Positions 28,347-37,998 of a stretch of DNA of 48,992 bases are shown here, in pieces. How positions within the stretch are numbered: the stretch's first letter is position 1; the number at the start of each line of letters is the position of its first letter. This DNA comes from Phycisphaerales bacterium (GTDB taxonomy: Bacteria; Planctomycetota; Phycisphaerae; Phycisphaerales; SM1A02), in the NCBI GenBank assembly GCA_007693845.1, contig RECV01000171.1:1-48992 (forward strand), read 5' to 3'. A program made the translations under genes and the position numbers. Below the pieces are notes generated by a model. It was not told the DNA's origin. It ran no database searches and was given only the letters and a program-made list of their open reading frames with translations.

Positions 28347-28766
28347 ATGGCGTGGCGCCGGAAACAACGCGATCGGATCTTCCCCGTCGACATCACGCCG
28401 ATGATCGATGTCGTGTTTCTGCTGATCATCTTTTTTATGGTGACCGCTCAGTTTGCCAAGCTCAGCCGTGCGGAGCTTGACCTGCCGCGCGAACCGGGCG
28501 AACGCAGTGAACTCGCCGAGCCCGACACCATCATCATCAACCTCACGCGGGACGGCACGTTGATCGTGAACGACCGCGAGGTCGAGCGTGACGCTCTCGC
28601 GTCGATGGTGCAAGAGGTTCTCGAGCAGACGACGGACGATCCGGCCATGGCGCACGTTCTCCTGCGAGTCGACCGGGAAACCGATTCAGCTCGTCTCAAC
28701 GAACTGGTGGTGCAACTGCAGGCGATCGGCGTTGGTAGGGTGCGCGTCGCCACCGAAGTTCCATAA
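28347..28766 (+). CDS. exbD: ExbD/TolR-family biopolymer transport protein
   Basis: ITPMIDVVFLLIIFFMVTAQF TM/consensus. 139 aa. Confidence 0.85.
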   Translation: MAWRRKQRDRIFPVDITPMIDVVFLLIIFFMVTAQFAKLSRAELDLPREPGERSELAEPDTIIINLTRDGTLIVNDREVERDALASMVQEVLEQTTDDPAMAHVLLRVDRETDSARLNELVVQLQAIGVGRVRVATEVP

Positions 28767-28796
28767 TCCTCTGTTCAGGGAATTGATCCAACCGGC

Positions 28797-29222
28797 ATGT
28801 GGACACGCGAGCGAAAAGACGATCGACGACGGGAACGCATCACGCTCAATCTGGCGAGCATGATCGACGTCACGTTTCTGCTGCTGATCTATTTTCTGGT
28901 CACCGCGGTCCTGGCGGAGCCGGAGGATCGACTCACGCCGGATTTACAGGTGCAGACCGGCGAAGCCGCCGGACGTGAGGCGGATCTCGAACCGCAGGTG
29001 CTGGAGGTGCTCATCGCGGATGGCCAGCCGATCTATCGTCTGGGCAGCATCGTCATGGCTTCCCGCGCGGAGTTGCGGGAGCGGCTGGACGCGTTGCCGC
29101 GTTCGGCGGGTGTCTTTATTCGGGTGGGGGACGGCGTGCCGGTGGGCTTTGCCGTGACCGCCATTCAGGTGGCGCGAGATCTGGACTTTGAACAGGTGAC
29201 GTATGTCCCGCATTCGCCGTAA
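28797..29222 (+). CDS. exbD: ExbD/TolR-family protein (second paralog)
   Basis: NLASMIDVTFLLLIYFLVTAVL TM/consensus. 141 aa. Confidence 0.8.
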   Translation: MWTRERKDDRRRERITLNLASMIDVTFLLLIYFLVTAVLAEPEDRLTPDLQVQTGEAAGREADLEPQVLEVLIADGQPIYRLGSIVMASRAELRERLDALPRSAGVFIRVGDGVPVGFAVTAIQVARDLDFEQVTYVPHSP

Positions 29223-31872
29223 AACACGAACCATCCTGTTGAGCGGCGCCGTGCTCGTGTGGTGTTGTTTCGTTCATCATGCGGCGTGGGGGGACGATCT
29301 GCACGATGATCAGGCGGTGACCGCGTTTCTGGAGCGGCTGGATTCACCCGAACTGCTGGTGGTGCATCTTGAGGAGAAACTGGAGCGCACGCCGCGGAAT
29401 GAACGGGGGGAATTGGTCATTCGGATTGCCGAGTTGTACGTTCAACTGCTTCAGCGCGAACAGGATGCGGCGCAGCGAAAAGTGTATGAAGCGCAAAGTC
29501 GGCAGTTGCTCGATGAAGCGCCGCCGGAGGTGGCGCGCCAACTGGAGCTGTCTCTGCTGCAGGCCCGATACCGTGAGGCAGAGTCGATCGCTGAGCGGTA
29601 CCGTCTCCGGCTGATTGACTTCGATGAGACGACGGAAGCGATCGAATTCCTGCGCGACATTGCGCCGCGGCTGTATCAGTTGAGTGAATCGCTCCGCAGA
29701 GACATCGAGCGCATGCAGCGTGAAGCGGATCGGGCCCGCGGCCGCGCTGCCGCCGCGTTGAACGAGCAGTTGCGGCGCGATCGTCAACTTCAGCGGCAGT
29801 CGGCGTTTCTGTTCGGCTGGTCCGCGTACTACCTCGCCTGGCTCGACCCGGAGTCGGCATCACTTGAGCAGTTGAACCAGGCGGAACGCGTCTTCGCCCG
29901 ACTACTTCGCACCGCAACGGACCATCCCCGGCCGGAAGATGTCTCCGTCGATCTTCGCTCCGATGAAGCAACCGCGCGATCGATCCTCGGCATGGCGCTC
30001 TGCAAATCCGTGAATCCGGAGTACACCGGGGTCGCGACCGCGCTCGAGTGGATTCGACTGCTCGAACACGAACGAACCGAATCTTCCGTGCGTGAGCAGG
30101 CGCCGGGTTGGAAGCTGGTCATTTTTCTGGAAGGCGGGGCGTACCGCGAAGCCCGGATGTTGCTTCGTGACCGGCTGGACGATGATGAACAGACGCGGAT
30201 TCCCACCGCATGGCTCCGGCTCGCGGCCATCGCAGCGCTTGAATCCGGGCAGAACGCCGAAGACGAGGAAAGTCTGCAGCAACGCGAACGCACCGCGCTC
30301 GTCGATACGGTCGTTGAGCAGTTTGCAGCACGGGGTGAGTTGAACCAGGTCCTCGAACTCGCCGAGCGGTTCGGGCTGGATACCATCTCCGGCAGCGGCT
30401 TTGCGCAGCGTTATCTCCGCGGCGTGTTGCTCTTTCGGCTCGCTCAGGAGGAGCAGGAATCCGAAACGGTGTCCGATCAGGAGCAGCGAGACCGCTACGA
30501 AGCGATCGCCGCGGAACTGCAATCGGCGCTGCAAGTGGTCGAGCCGGAGGAGTCAGCCGAACTGGTGGCATCGGTTCACCGACTGCTCGGATGGTCGTTG
30601 TACGAACTTGAACGTTGGCGCGATGCGGTGAATCACTTCCTCGAAGCGGAGAAGACGCTGCCCCGTGAGCAGGCCGCAGAATCGCTCCGCATGGCGATCA
30701 TTGCCCTTGATCGATTGCTTCGTACCGAATCAGACGCCGAACTGACATTGCTGCGTGACGAACTGTCCGAACGATATCTTGATCGCTATCCCGAGACGAC
30801 ATTCGCCAGCCGGCTTCTGCTGCACCGGACCGGTGGCCGGGAGTCGCTTACGGAAGAGGAACGCGCGGCTCTGCGTGACATCGAGACGGATGATCCCTCG
30901 TATCTCCGAGCGCGGCTGCGATTGATTTCGGATCAATTCCGCGCCTTTCGGCGCGCGACAGCAGATCAGAAAGCATCGCACGCGGATCAGTTCCTTGATG
31001 CATCCGGCGAACTTGTGCAGTTCGTTCTGGCTCAACAGGAGGGTGACCTCCCGGATGAGCCGCTGCTGCAACTCGCGCGTCAAATGCTGGAGGTCGCGCT
31101 GTCCGATCAAGGTGCGGCTCCGGATGTGGCATATCTTGCGTTTGAGTTGATTGATCGACGCGAACTGACGCCCTCCGACCCACTTGTGACGGAAGAGTTG
31201 ACCTGTCGGCGCGTGCAGTACGACCTCCTGCGCGGCCGCTTCAACGATGCGGTGGAAGAAGCCGAGCGCATGTGGAGCGAGACCCCCGGCTCGGTCTGGA
31301 CGCGACAAGCCGTCCGCGCTGTGTTTCGCGATGCCTACCGCCGCTGGGAGCGTGCTGGCAGTCGCGAGCGGGAGCAGTACGGCCGGGTCGCGTTGTCATT
31401 CGGCGGGCGCGTGCTGCGGGAGTTTGAAGATGACGCCGAAGCGCTGGCCCGAAGCGCGCCGCACAGTGTGGCCTCGATCGTGGCGGAACTGTCATACTCC
31501 TTCTGGCGCGTTCACGGCGAGGAGCGCAACGGGCGGGCGGCTCAGTATCTCTACGAACGGCTGCTGAGCTTCCACCCGCGCGTGGAGACGTACCTCGAAC
31601 GTGCCGCCACGCTGGCGGAACACTTTGATGAGTTGGAGTCTGCGCTCTCGCACTGGCGACGGCTTGCGGTGGGCCGGGAGACCGGCACGGCCCCGTGGTA
31701 CGAAGCGCGATTCCATGTCATTTCAATCCTGATGCAGGTTGATCCCGAGCGCGCTGCCGAAGCGCTGCAACAGTACGATGCGATTTATGCCGCGAACGCC
31801 CCCGAGCCGTGGGCCTCGCGTTTCGATGAACTTCCCCGCGAGACGCCTGCTGCGAGGGAGTCTGATTCATGA
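29203..31872 (+). CDS. Large secreted all-alpha (TPR-like/coiled-coil) protein, 889 aa, hypothetical
   Basis: Signal peptide (ILLSGAVLVWCCFVHHAAWG). R/E/L/A-rich helical composition. Overlaps the upstream and downstream genes by a few nt. Confidence 0.7.
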   Translation: MSRIRRKTRTILLSGAVLVWCCFVHHAAWGDDLHDDQAVTAFLERLDSPELLVVHLEEKLERTPRNERGELVIRIAELYVQLLQREQDAAQRKVYEAQSRQLLDEAPPEVARQLELSLLQARYREAESIAERYRLRLIDFDETTEAIEFLRDIAPRLYQLSESLRRDIERMQREADRARGRAAAALNEQLRRDRQLQRQSAFLFGWSAYYLAWLDPESASLEQLNQAERVFARLLRTATDHPRPEDVSVDLRSDEATARSILGMALCKSVNPEYTGVATALEWIRLLEHERTESSVREQAPGWKLVIFLEGGAYREARMLLRDRLDDDEQTRIPTAWLRLAAIAALESGQNAEDEESLQQRERTALVDTVVEQFAARGELNQVLELAERFGLDTISGSGFAQRYLRGVLLFRLAQEEQESETVSDQEQRDRYEAIAAELQSALQVVEPEESAELVASVHRLLGWSLYELERWRDAVNHFLEAEKTLPREQAAESLRMAIIALDRLLRTESDAELTLLRDELSERYLDRYPETTFASRLLLHRTGGRESLTEEERAALRDIETDDPSYLRARLRLISDQFRAFRRATADQKASHADQFLDASGELVQFVLAQQEGDLPDEPLLQLARQMLEVALSDQGAAPDVAYLAFELIDRRELTPSDPLVTEELTCRRVQYDLLRGRFNDAVEEAERMWSETPGSVWTRQAVRAVFRDAYRRWERAGSREREQYGRVALSFGGRVLREFEDDAEALARSAPHSVASIVAELSYSFWRVHGEERNGRAAQYLYERLLSFHPRVETYLERAATLAEHFDELESALSHWRRLAVGRETGTAPWYEARFHVISILMQVDPERAAEALQQYDAIYAANAPEPWASRFDELPRETPAARESDS

Positions 31873-34787
31873 ATCGCGAGCGGCTGAACTCCATTCTCGG
31901 CCATCCGACCGAGTCGGCGGCCCACGAACTGCTGGGTCTGGCCGAAATGCCGAAGGATCCCCGCGAGGTGAATCGCCGGCTCGATGCCAGACTCGCGCAT
32001 ATCGAGGCGCATCCGGATTCCGGCAGCCGGGAGGCAGAGATTGCCCGCCGGATCGTTCGCGTCGCGGCCCAACGATTGCATGAACAACTGACTCACAAGA
32101 AGATACCCGATCCGACCCGCCGCACGCCTCAGCGTTTCTCGCTCACCGAGTTTGACCGAAGTGTGCTCGGCGTGCTCGTGGGCAGTGGGGGATGGAACGC
32201 GGCGAGCCGCGCGCGTCTCGTCGCGCTGGCCAACTACCACGGCGTCGGACCGTACGGCCTCATGCGCGTGATTTGCGGGCTGAACGATCATGCGCGAAGG
32301 CACGGGCCCCGCATCACCATCTCGGATATCACCGGCCGAGCCGAAACGGCGGCGACGATCCGGCAGCGCGAGGTCGAGGAAGTTCGCACCAATGAACTTA
32401 TCAACCGTTATGCGCCGGAGTTCCGGGAAGGTACTACTTGGGCGACGGTCAAGCTTTCGATTCTGTTCGGCCTGCTCACCCTGCTGATTGCCAGCGCGAT
32501 CATCGTCCCGCTCTGGCATCATCAGCGCACGATCATGACGACGCGCGCCACTCCGCCGCCCACAGCGACCGCACCCGATCCCGATGCCGATCGTGATTGG
32601 GACCGCGATTCATCCGAGCACGAGCGCACGCGATCGCGAGAACCGGCGATGGAGCGTTGGCCGACCGTAACGCCGCCCATTCGCGCCCCGCGATGGGATG
32701 AAGTCGATCGACGAGCGGCTGAGCTTCGTGATGAGTTCAGCGCACTGACCGGGCGGATGCTCACGTCGACCGAGCCGGATGATGAGGTCTTCGAGCAATG
32801 GACCGTAGCGGTGGATCGTTTCAGCCGAGTTTGGCTGGCTTTGGATGACCGCGAGCTGGGCCGCGTTGAAGATGACTTTCTTCAACCGCTCTATGCCTCG
32901 GCCGGTCGCGCCGAACGGCACGACCGCCTGCTGGACGCTCTCGGGCCGGTCTCGCGCGAACCGGCGGCAGCGTCGGAACTGATCTCGGGAAGTTGGCGCG
33001 TCGGCATGTTGTTTGAGTTGACGCAGGATCATCGACTGCCGCAGCGCACCCGTCATCGCGCGTTGAATCTGCTGAATCAGTCTTTCGCATCGCCCATCGA
33101 TCAGGAAGCCGCCTGGCGGGATCGGGAGGCGGCCATCGGCGACTGGCTGGAACGTGTGCTGTCATCGATGGCGCGTGATGTTGACACGATCCGATCCGAT
33201 GAACTGGCGGGGTTGTGGGGCGCGTGGATCGAAACGCTCGGCCGGGTTCGATTCGGCGAATCACGGCAGCGCCAACTGCTCGATGCCGTGGAATCATTGT
33301 TGCGCGAAGTTTCCGATCCCCGTGAACCGGCGAGCCGCCCCGCGATCGTGGCGCATCTATTGCGGGAACTCGATTTCGAAACCAGCGCAACCGTTCGGCA
33401 GCGCGTAGGTGACTGGTTTCGCCCGGGCAGACTGAGTTCGAGACAACTCTGGGTGCTCACGTCACTGCTGGCCCTGGACCGGACCACGCCGTGGTTGGAT
33501 GAGCAGATGATCATCATGCCGGAAGCTGATGATCGTCTGCGCGGGCGCGCAGCGCAGGATCTCGAAGCCCACTGGCCGCGGCGGACGGTTTCAGCCGATG
33601 ACCTGGAGCGAGGACACCGCATCGCCGTCGATGTCGAGTCAGGTCAGCGCTGGCGCGATCTTGAAGAGTTGTTGCTCAATCGCCGGCGGGAGATCAGCGA
33701 CCCGCTGTCGGCACTGCGACAATTGACGCGACGGGTCTGGCTGAACGAGGCCGCACTTCATCTGGCCGTCGGCGATCGCGGACAAGCCCGCGAAGTCATG
33801 AACGCCATTGAAAGCATGGACGGCCGCTCCCGTGAAGATAATCGCCACGGCCTGACCAACCCGCGCGGCCGTGGCGGATCGGGTTCGATTCGTCCCGGTC
33901 AGCCGGTCGGGCCCGACGGCGTGTGGGCCGAGGCGTACGTATCGGCCGGGCGGAACGTTGACGCCCGGCTTCAGCAGATCAACCAGTTGGATCGACGAGG
34001 CGGCGGTGACCTCGGCCGGCGCGATGCCGCCGTGCTGGTCCGCGAGGCGTACCGCGGTTCGCCGCGTGAAGTCAGTGATCGAGCGCAGCGTCTCGTGGAA
34101 TCTCGCTTCGCTTCCGGACCGGTGGTGATCCTTGAACTGCTCGATCAGTTGCCCGATGCGCCGCGCCACAGCCGAACGATCAGCTTTATCGAGCGCATCA
34201 CGAACGCCACTATTGATGATCAGGGCGACGATCGAGAGCAAGCCGAAGCTCGCGCGCGGCTGGCGTTGATCGAGCGACTGCTGAAACTCCAGCAGCGCGG
34301 CGAGGATGCACGCGATGAGTATGCCGAACTCGTTCGCGAGTCGTTCGAAAGGCAGTTGCTGGCCATTCGACCCGAAGAACGATCAGTGAGCGACGAACCG
34401 GTTCTGGAAACCGCACAGCGCCTTCGCCAGGTTTGGTGGTCCGTTGTAAACGAAGCCGCGGCTTCAGCGGACAACCGTGAAGAGAGCTTGGCGAAGCTGG
34501 ACAACATTCAGCAGGAACACGCTCTGCGCAGTCGACTGGCCCGCGGCTCAATGCAGAAAACGCTCGCCGAGCGAATCGGCGAGCTGGATCTGCTCGCTGA
34601 GCTGATCACCCTCGAGCAGCCGCCGCGTGAAGCGACAGTGCAACGACTGCTCGAACGCACGCTGATCGACCGGCGCGAAGCGACCGACGTGCTCGAGCAG
34701 CTTCTCATCACCGAAGCCGCGCTGTCACGACTCTGGCGCATGCGGCTGGATCTTCCTGAGCGAGCTACCGGAGAGGGGTCATCATGA
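31869..34787 (+). CDS. Large membrane-anchored all-alpha protein, 972 aa, hypothetical
   Basis: Single internal TM (LSILFGLLTLLIASAIIVPLW) after a ~190-aa N-terminal region. Long helical remainder. ATGA overlaps at both ends. Confidence 0.7.
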   Translation: MNRERLNSILGHPTESAAHELLGLAEMPKDPREVNRRLDARLAHIEAHPDSGSREAEIARRIVRVAAQRLHEQLTHKKIPDPTRRTPQRFSLTEFDRSVLGVLVGSGGWNAASRARLVALANYHGVGPYGLMRVICGLNDHARRHGPRITISDITGRAETAATIRQREVEEVRTNELINRYAPEFREGTTWATVKLSILFGLLTLLIASAIIVPLWHHQRTIMTTRATPPPTATAPDPDADRDWDRDSSEHERTRSREPAMERWPTVTPPIRAPRWDEVDRRAAELRDEFSALTGRMLTSTEPDDEVFEQWTVAVDRFSRVWLALDDRELGRVEDDFLQPLYASAGRAERHDRLLDALGPVSREPAAASELISGSWRVGMLFELTQDHRLPQRTRHRALNLLNQSFASPIDQEAAWRDREAAIGDWLERVLSSMARDVDTIRSDELAGLWGAWIETLGRVRFGESRQRQLLDAVESLLREVSDPREPASRPAIVAHLLRELDFETSATVRQRVGDWFRPGRLSSRQLWVLTSLLALDRTTPWLDEQMIIMPEADDRLRGRAAQDLEAHWPRRTVSADDLERGHRIAVDVESGQRWRDLEELLLNRRREISDPLSALRQLTRRVWLNEAALHLAVGDRGQAREVMNAIESMDGRSREDNRHGLTNPRGRGGSGSIRPGQPVGPDGVWAEAYVSAGRNVDARLQQINQLDRRGGGDLGRRDAAVLVREAYRGSPREVSDRAQRLVESRFASGPVVILELLDQLPDAPRHSRTISFIERITNATIDDQGDDREQAEARARLALIERLLKLQQRGEDARDEYAELVRESFERQLLAIRPEERSVSDEPVLETAQRLRQVWWSVVNEAAASADNREESLAKLDNIQQEHALRSRLARGSMQKTLAERIGELDLLAELITLEQPPREATVQRLLERTLIDRREATDVLEQLLITEAALSRLWRMRLDLPERATGEGSS

Positions 34788-35593
34788 CCGGCACCGCACG
34801 AATGATCCTGATCCTGTCAATCGTCGTGAGCATGACGACTTTCATCGCGCTGGCCGAGGATGAGAACACCATCGACTGGACCGATCGGCTGGAAGCGCTG
34901 ACGCCCGATGATCCGCTGGCGTACTTTGAGCTGGCGGAAGAAATCGCCGACGCCGCGACAAGTGAGTCCGATCAGAACACGGCCCGGCATCTGTTCGCGC
35001 TGGCCGGGGTGCTCACGCCGGAGCGTTTCGGCGCGAGTGCGGCATTGGCCCTGGCGGACCTTGAAGCATCGCCGACGCGCGCGGAGCAGTACCGGGGGCT
35101 GGCCACCCTGCTCGCTCCCCCCGAGTCGGTCTTCTCCACCTCACTGATCGGAGCCACGCTGCGCGATGCGGATGCCACAACGGATCCGGTTCGAGCCCGC
35201 GCGCTGGTTGAAGCGTTCAGCTTGTATCGCCGCGGACACGGCCGTCGCGCTCTCCGCACGCTGCAACGCGCGGATGCGGTGGAAACGCTGCATACATTGA
35301 ATCCGATCTTTCCCGGCGGAACCCATCGATTCGTGCAAACGGCTGAAGGGCTTCATCCCGGTGCCCGGCCGACGGTGAGCGATGACGACCTTACCCGCCT
35401 GCTGCAGATCGAGTTTGCGCTGCTTGCGCCCAATCAGGTGCCCTGGTCGGTTGACCTGATCTGGTCCCGTCGTGCGCCGCTGCTGGAATTCAATCCCGGC
35501 CGGCTGGAGGAAACATTCGGCGTGGATCCGGACCGAACGATTTACCGGGATGGTCGCTGGGTCAGCCCGCCCGCCCGTTCCGGCGGCGGCTGA
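34784..35593 (+). CDS. Hypothetical membrane-anchored protein, last gene of the operon
   Basis: N-terminal TM MILILSIVVSMTTFIALA. Coupled start (ATGA). Confidence 0.6.
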   Translation: MTGTARMILILSIVVSMTTFIALAEDENTIDWTDRLEALTPDDPLAYFELAEEIADAATSESDQNTARHLFALAGVLTPERFGASAALALADLEASPTRAEQYRGLATLLAPPESVFSTSLIGATLRDADATTDPVRARALVEAFSLYRRGHGRRALRTLQRADAVETLHTLNPIFPGGTHRFVQTAEGLHPGARPTVSDDDLTRLLQIEFALLAPNQVPWSVDLIWSRRAPLLEFNPGRLEETFGVDPDRTIYRDGRWVSPPARSGGG

Positions 35594-36035
35594 GGCGTTC
35601 CTGCAGCAGCCCGCCGAGTTGGTCGGTCATCCCCGGAAACTGAAGCGACCACAGCCCCCAGTTCGTGTCGAAGGGATCCTGGGCCAGTTCAAGGCCTTCC
35701 AGGACAGTCTTCTTGAGTTGGTCGGTGGACAACTGATCGACCTCGCCGTCATCGAATGGAATGGCCAGTTGCAGATCGTCGGGGCGGGGGATGAGAATCG
35801 CCAGCGGCGGAGCGGAGGGCTCGGTGCGGTACTCGATCGTCCACCGCCAGGCATCGCCGCGCCAGACACAGACCTCATGGATCCCGTCGAGATCCTGCAT
35901 AATCTGCCGCATGCTGTCGAATATCTCCGCGCTGCCGTTCGGCAGATCGGCCCGTAAATCCTTGACCGCAGGCTCGTTGAAGCGGTCTCCCCAGACAGGA
36001 CGTGCGTAGGGGTTCTTTTTCCGGTTCCGGCTCAT
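35562..36035 (-). CDS. Hypothetical protein
   Basis: Start MSRNRKKNPYARPVWG (rc ATG 36033-36035). Convergent with the operon end. Confidence 0.45.
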   Translation of the reverse strand: MSRNRKKNPYARPVWGDRFNEPAVKDLRADLPNGSAEIFDSMRQIMQDLDGIHEVCVWRGDAWRWTIEYRTEPSAPPLAILIPRPDDLQLAIPFDDGEVDQLSTDQLKKTVLEGLELAQDPFDTNWGLWSLQFPGMTDQLGGLLQERLSRRRNGRAG

Positions 36036-36530
36036 CTGGACTCCCAGGCTACTCAACAATATCCGGCATGCGTCTGACGCAACGCATACCGATCGGAGCG
36101 GCATCAAGACCGCTCAGTCAGGGATGGCCGGCTCAAGCATGGAGACGGCTGAATATTTTCAGTGTAGGCATCGCTCGAACGAGTGTCACGCCCAGTGCCA
36201 TTCGTTTGTGGTTTTTCAGGAAAAGCTCGCGGAGGCATCACGAGCCGGATTGAATGAATTTTTCGTAAATCCATTCTCGCAAGAGTGTTACGTCTATTGT
36301 TGATAGTCGCAACATGCCGGCCGAGCTCAGCGCAGGTTGTTCTCACGATGCATATTCTTGTCTGCGATGCCGATTCGTTCGAAATCTGACCGGCACCGGC
36401 AACCCGGCTGGAATCGACCGGGGCGGCGGTTCGGGGTACGATCACCCTTGACGAATCCGTTTTCAATTCGGGAACGGAGTCGCCTGCCGACGCGGCGCGA
36501 ATGTGCGGTTCTCAGAAGACGCCTGGCCAG

Positions 36531-36546
36531 TGGCCACACTGCTGCA
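36531..36546 (+). promoter_or_regulatory. Possible sigma-54 (−24/−12) promoter upstream of the response-regulator gene
   Basis: TGGCCACACTGCTGCA against consensus TGGCACG-N4-TTGCW. GG and GC elements are correctly spaced, ~30 nt upstream of the ATG at 36577. Confidence 0.25.
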
Positions 36547-36576
36547 GTTGCTCTCCCAGGTCGATAGAAGGATTCC

Positions 36577-37098
36577 ATGAACGAAACCACTACCTTTCAA
36601 GCGACTCACCCCTCCGCTTCGACCATTGATCTCTCCGACGCCTCGATTCTGCTGGTGGATGACAATGTCCAGAACCTCGAGTTGATGCAGGCGTACCTGG
36701 AGACGCTCCCCGCGCGGATCCGGACGGCGGAGGATGGCCTCGAAGCCGCCGCCCTCATCGATGAAGAGATGCCCGACCTCATTCTGCTTGATGTGATGAT
36801 GCCGCGCATGAGCGGCTTCGAACTCTGCCAGAAACTCAAGTCGAATCCCAATACCCGCGACATCGTGATCATCATGGTCACCGCGCTCAATGAGGTCGGC
36901 GACTTTGAGCGGGCCGTGGAATGCGGCACCAACGACTTCATCACGAAACCCGTCAATAAGCTTGAGCTCGTCACCCGCGTGAAATCCCTGCTCGAACTCG
37001 CGCTGGTCAAGCGGCGCTACGACCAGATGCTCGGACTCACCCAGCGAAGGGAGCTTGACGATCGGGATCGCGTCAATGCCGGGGAGAAGCTCGAGTAA
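36577..37098 (+). CDS. Stand-alone response regulator receiver (CheY-like) protein
   Basis: ILLVDDNVQNLELM…DLILLDVMMPRMSGFE…MVTAL receiver motifs. No output domain. Confidence 0.85.
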   Translation: MNETTTFQATHPSASTIDLSDASILLVDDNVQNLELMQAYLETLPARIRTAEDGLEAAALIDEEMPDLILLDVMMPRMSGFELCQKLKSNPNTRDIVIIMVTALNEVGDFERAVECGTNDFITKPVNKLELVTRVKSLLELALVKRRYDQMLGLTQRRELDDRDRVNAGEKLE

Positions 37099-37173
37099 CC
37101 GCCCGGCTTACTGGCAGCAGTCCTGCATGCCGGCCACCTTGTTCAATCCGCGTTCGCTTCGTACCTTATCGGT

Positions 37174-37920
37174 ATGGCCATCCTCGTCTTCGAACACAGT
37201 GACCGCTCCGGCATTCAGCGGCTTGGAACAACGCTCCGCAACTACGGACACCGATTGAACATCATCCGCATTCAGCGCGGCGACGCGCTCCCGCCGGACT
37301 TGGATGATGTGGACGGCATCGTGGTCTGCGGTGGGCCGCAATCCGCCAACGACGATTCCCTCGACTGGCTGAAGACCGAAATGGAGTTTATCCGCACGGC
37401 CCACGAGTACGAGATGCCCGTCATCGGCCTCTGCCTCGGAAGCCAGATCGTCGCCCGCGCCCTCGGCGGCACGGTGGATCGCAATCCCGACGGTCCCGAA
37501 ATCGGCTGGGGTGAACTGTCGCTCACGCCGACCGGTCGTGAAGATCCGCTGTATACCGGCCTGCCCTGGAAATCAATCGTCGCGCACTGGCATCAGGATT
37601 GCGTGGCCGAACTTCCGGACGGAGCGCGGTTGCTGGCGTCCTCGCCGAAGTCGAAGAACCAGGTCTGGGCCATGGGACTGCGCACCTACGGCATTCAGTA
37701 CCACCCTGAAATCGATCGCGACGGGTTCGACGCGTTCGCAGCGGATGAGCCGGATGCTGTGCGCGAAGCGGGGTTGACGCTCGAGAAGTTGCGCGAGGAA
37801 ACCGAGAAACATTACCCGGCGTTCGAGCGATTGACCGACCGTCTGTTCGAGTCGATCGCACTCTACCTGATGCCGGTTGATCGCCGCTACAAGGGGCTGG
37901 TGAAAGACCTGCACCACTGA
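37174..37920 (+). CDS. Type 1 glutamine amidotransferase-like protein
   Basis: GATase1 nucleophile elbow VIGLCLGSQ and HxE region (QYHPE). Confidence 0.8.
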   Translation: MAILVFEHSDRSGIQRLGTTLRNYGHRLNIIRIQRGDALPPDLDDVDGIVVCGGPQSANDDSLDWLKTEMEFIRTAHEYEMPVIGLCLGSQIVARALGGTVDRNPDGPEIGWGELSLTPTGREDPLYTGLPWKSIVAHWHQDCVAELPDGARLLASSPKSKNQVWAMGLRTYGIQYHPEIDRDGFDAFAADEPDAVREAGLTLEKLREETEKHYPAFERLTDRLFESIALYLMPVDRRYKGLVKDLHH

Positions 37921-37998
37921 GTCAGCGTGGGTGCGGACCAGGCCGGACCTTCGGAGCGACAACCGACTCGGCGGCACGTGACCTGATACAAGGGGGAT

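Noticed and set aside
29344-31495. Multiple minus-strand ORFs (147–210 aa) inside the 889-aa operon gene
   Set aside because: The plus-strand ORF is long, has a signal peptide and coupled starts. The antisense ORFs are short, R/P-rich and unsupported.
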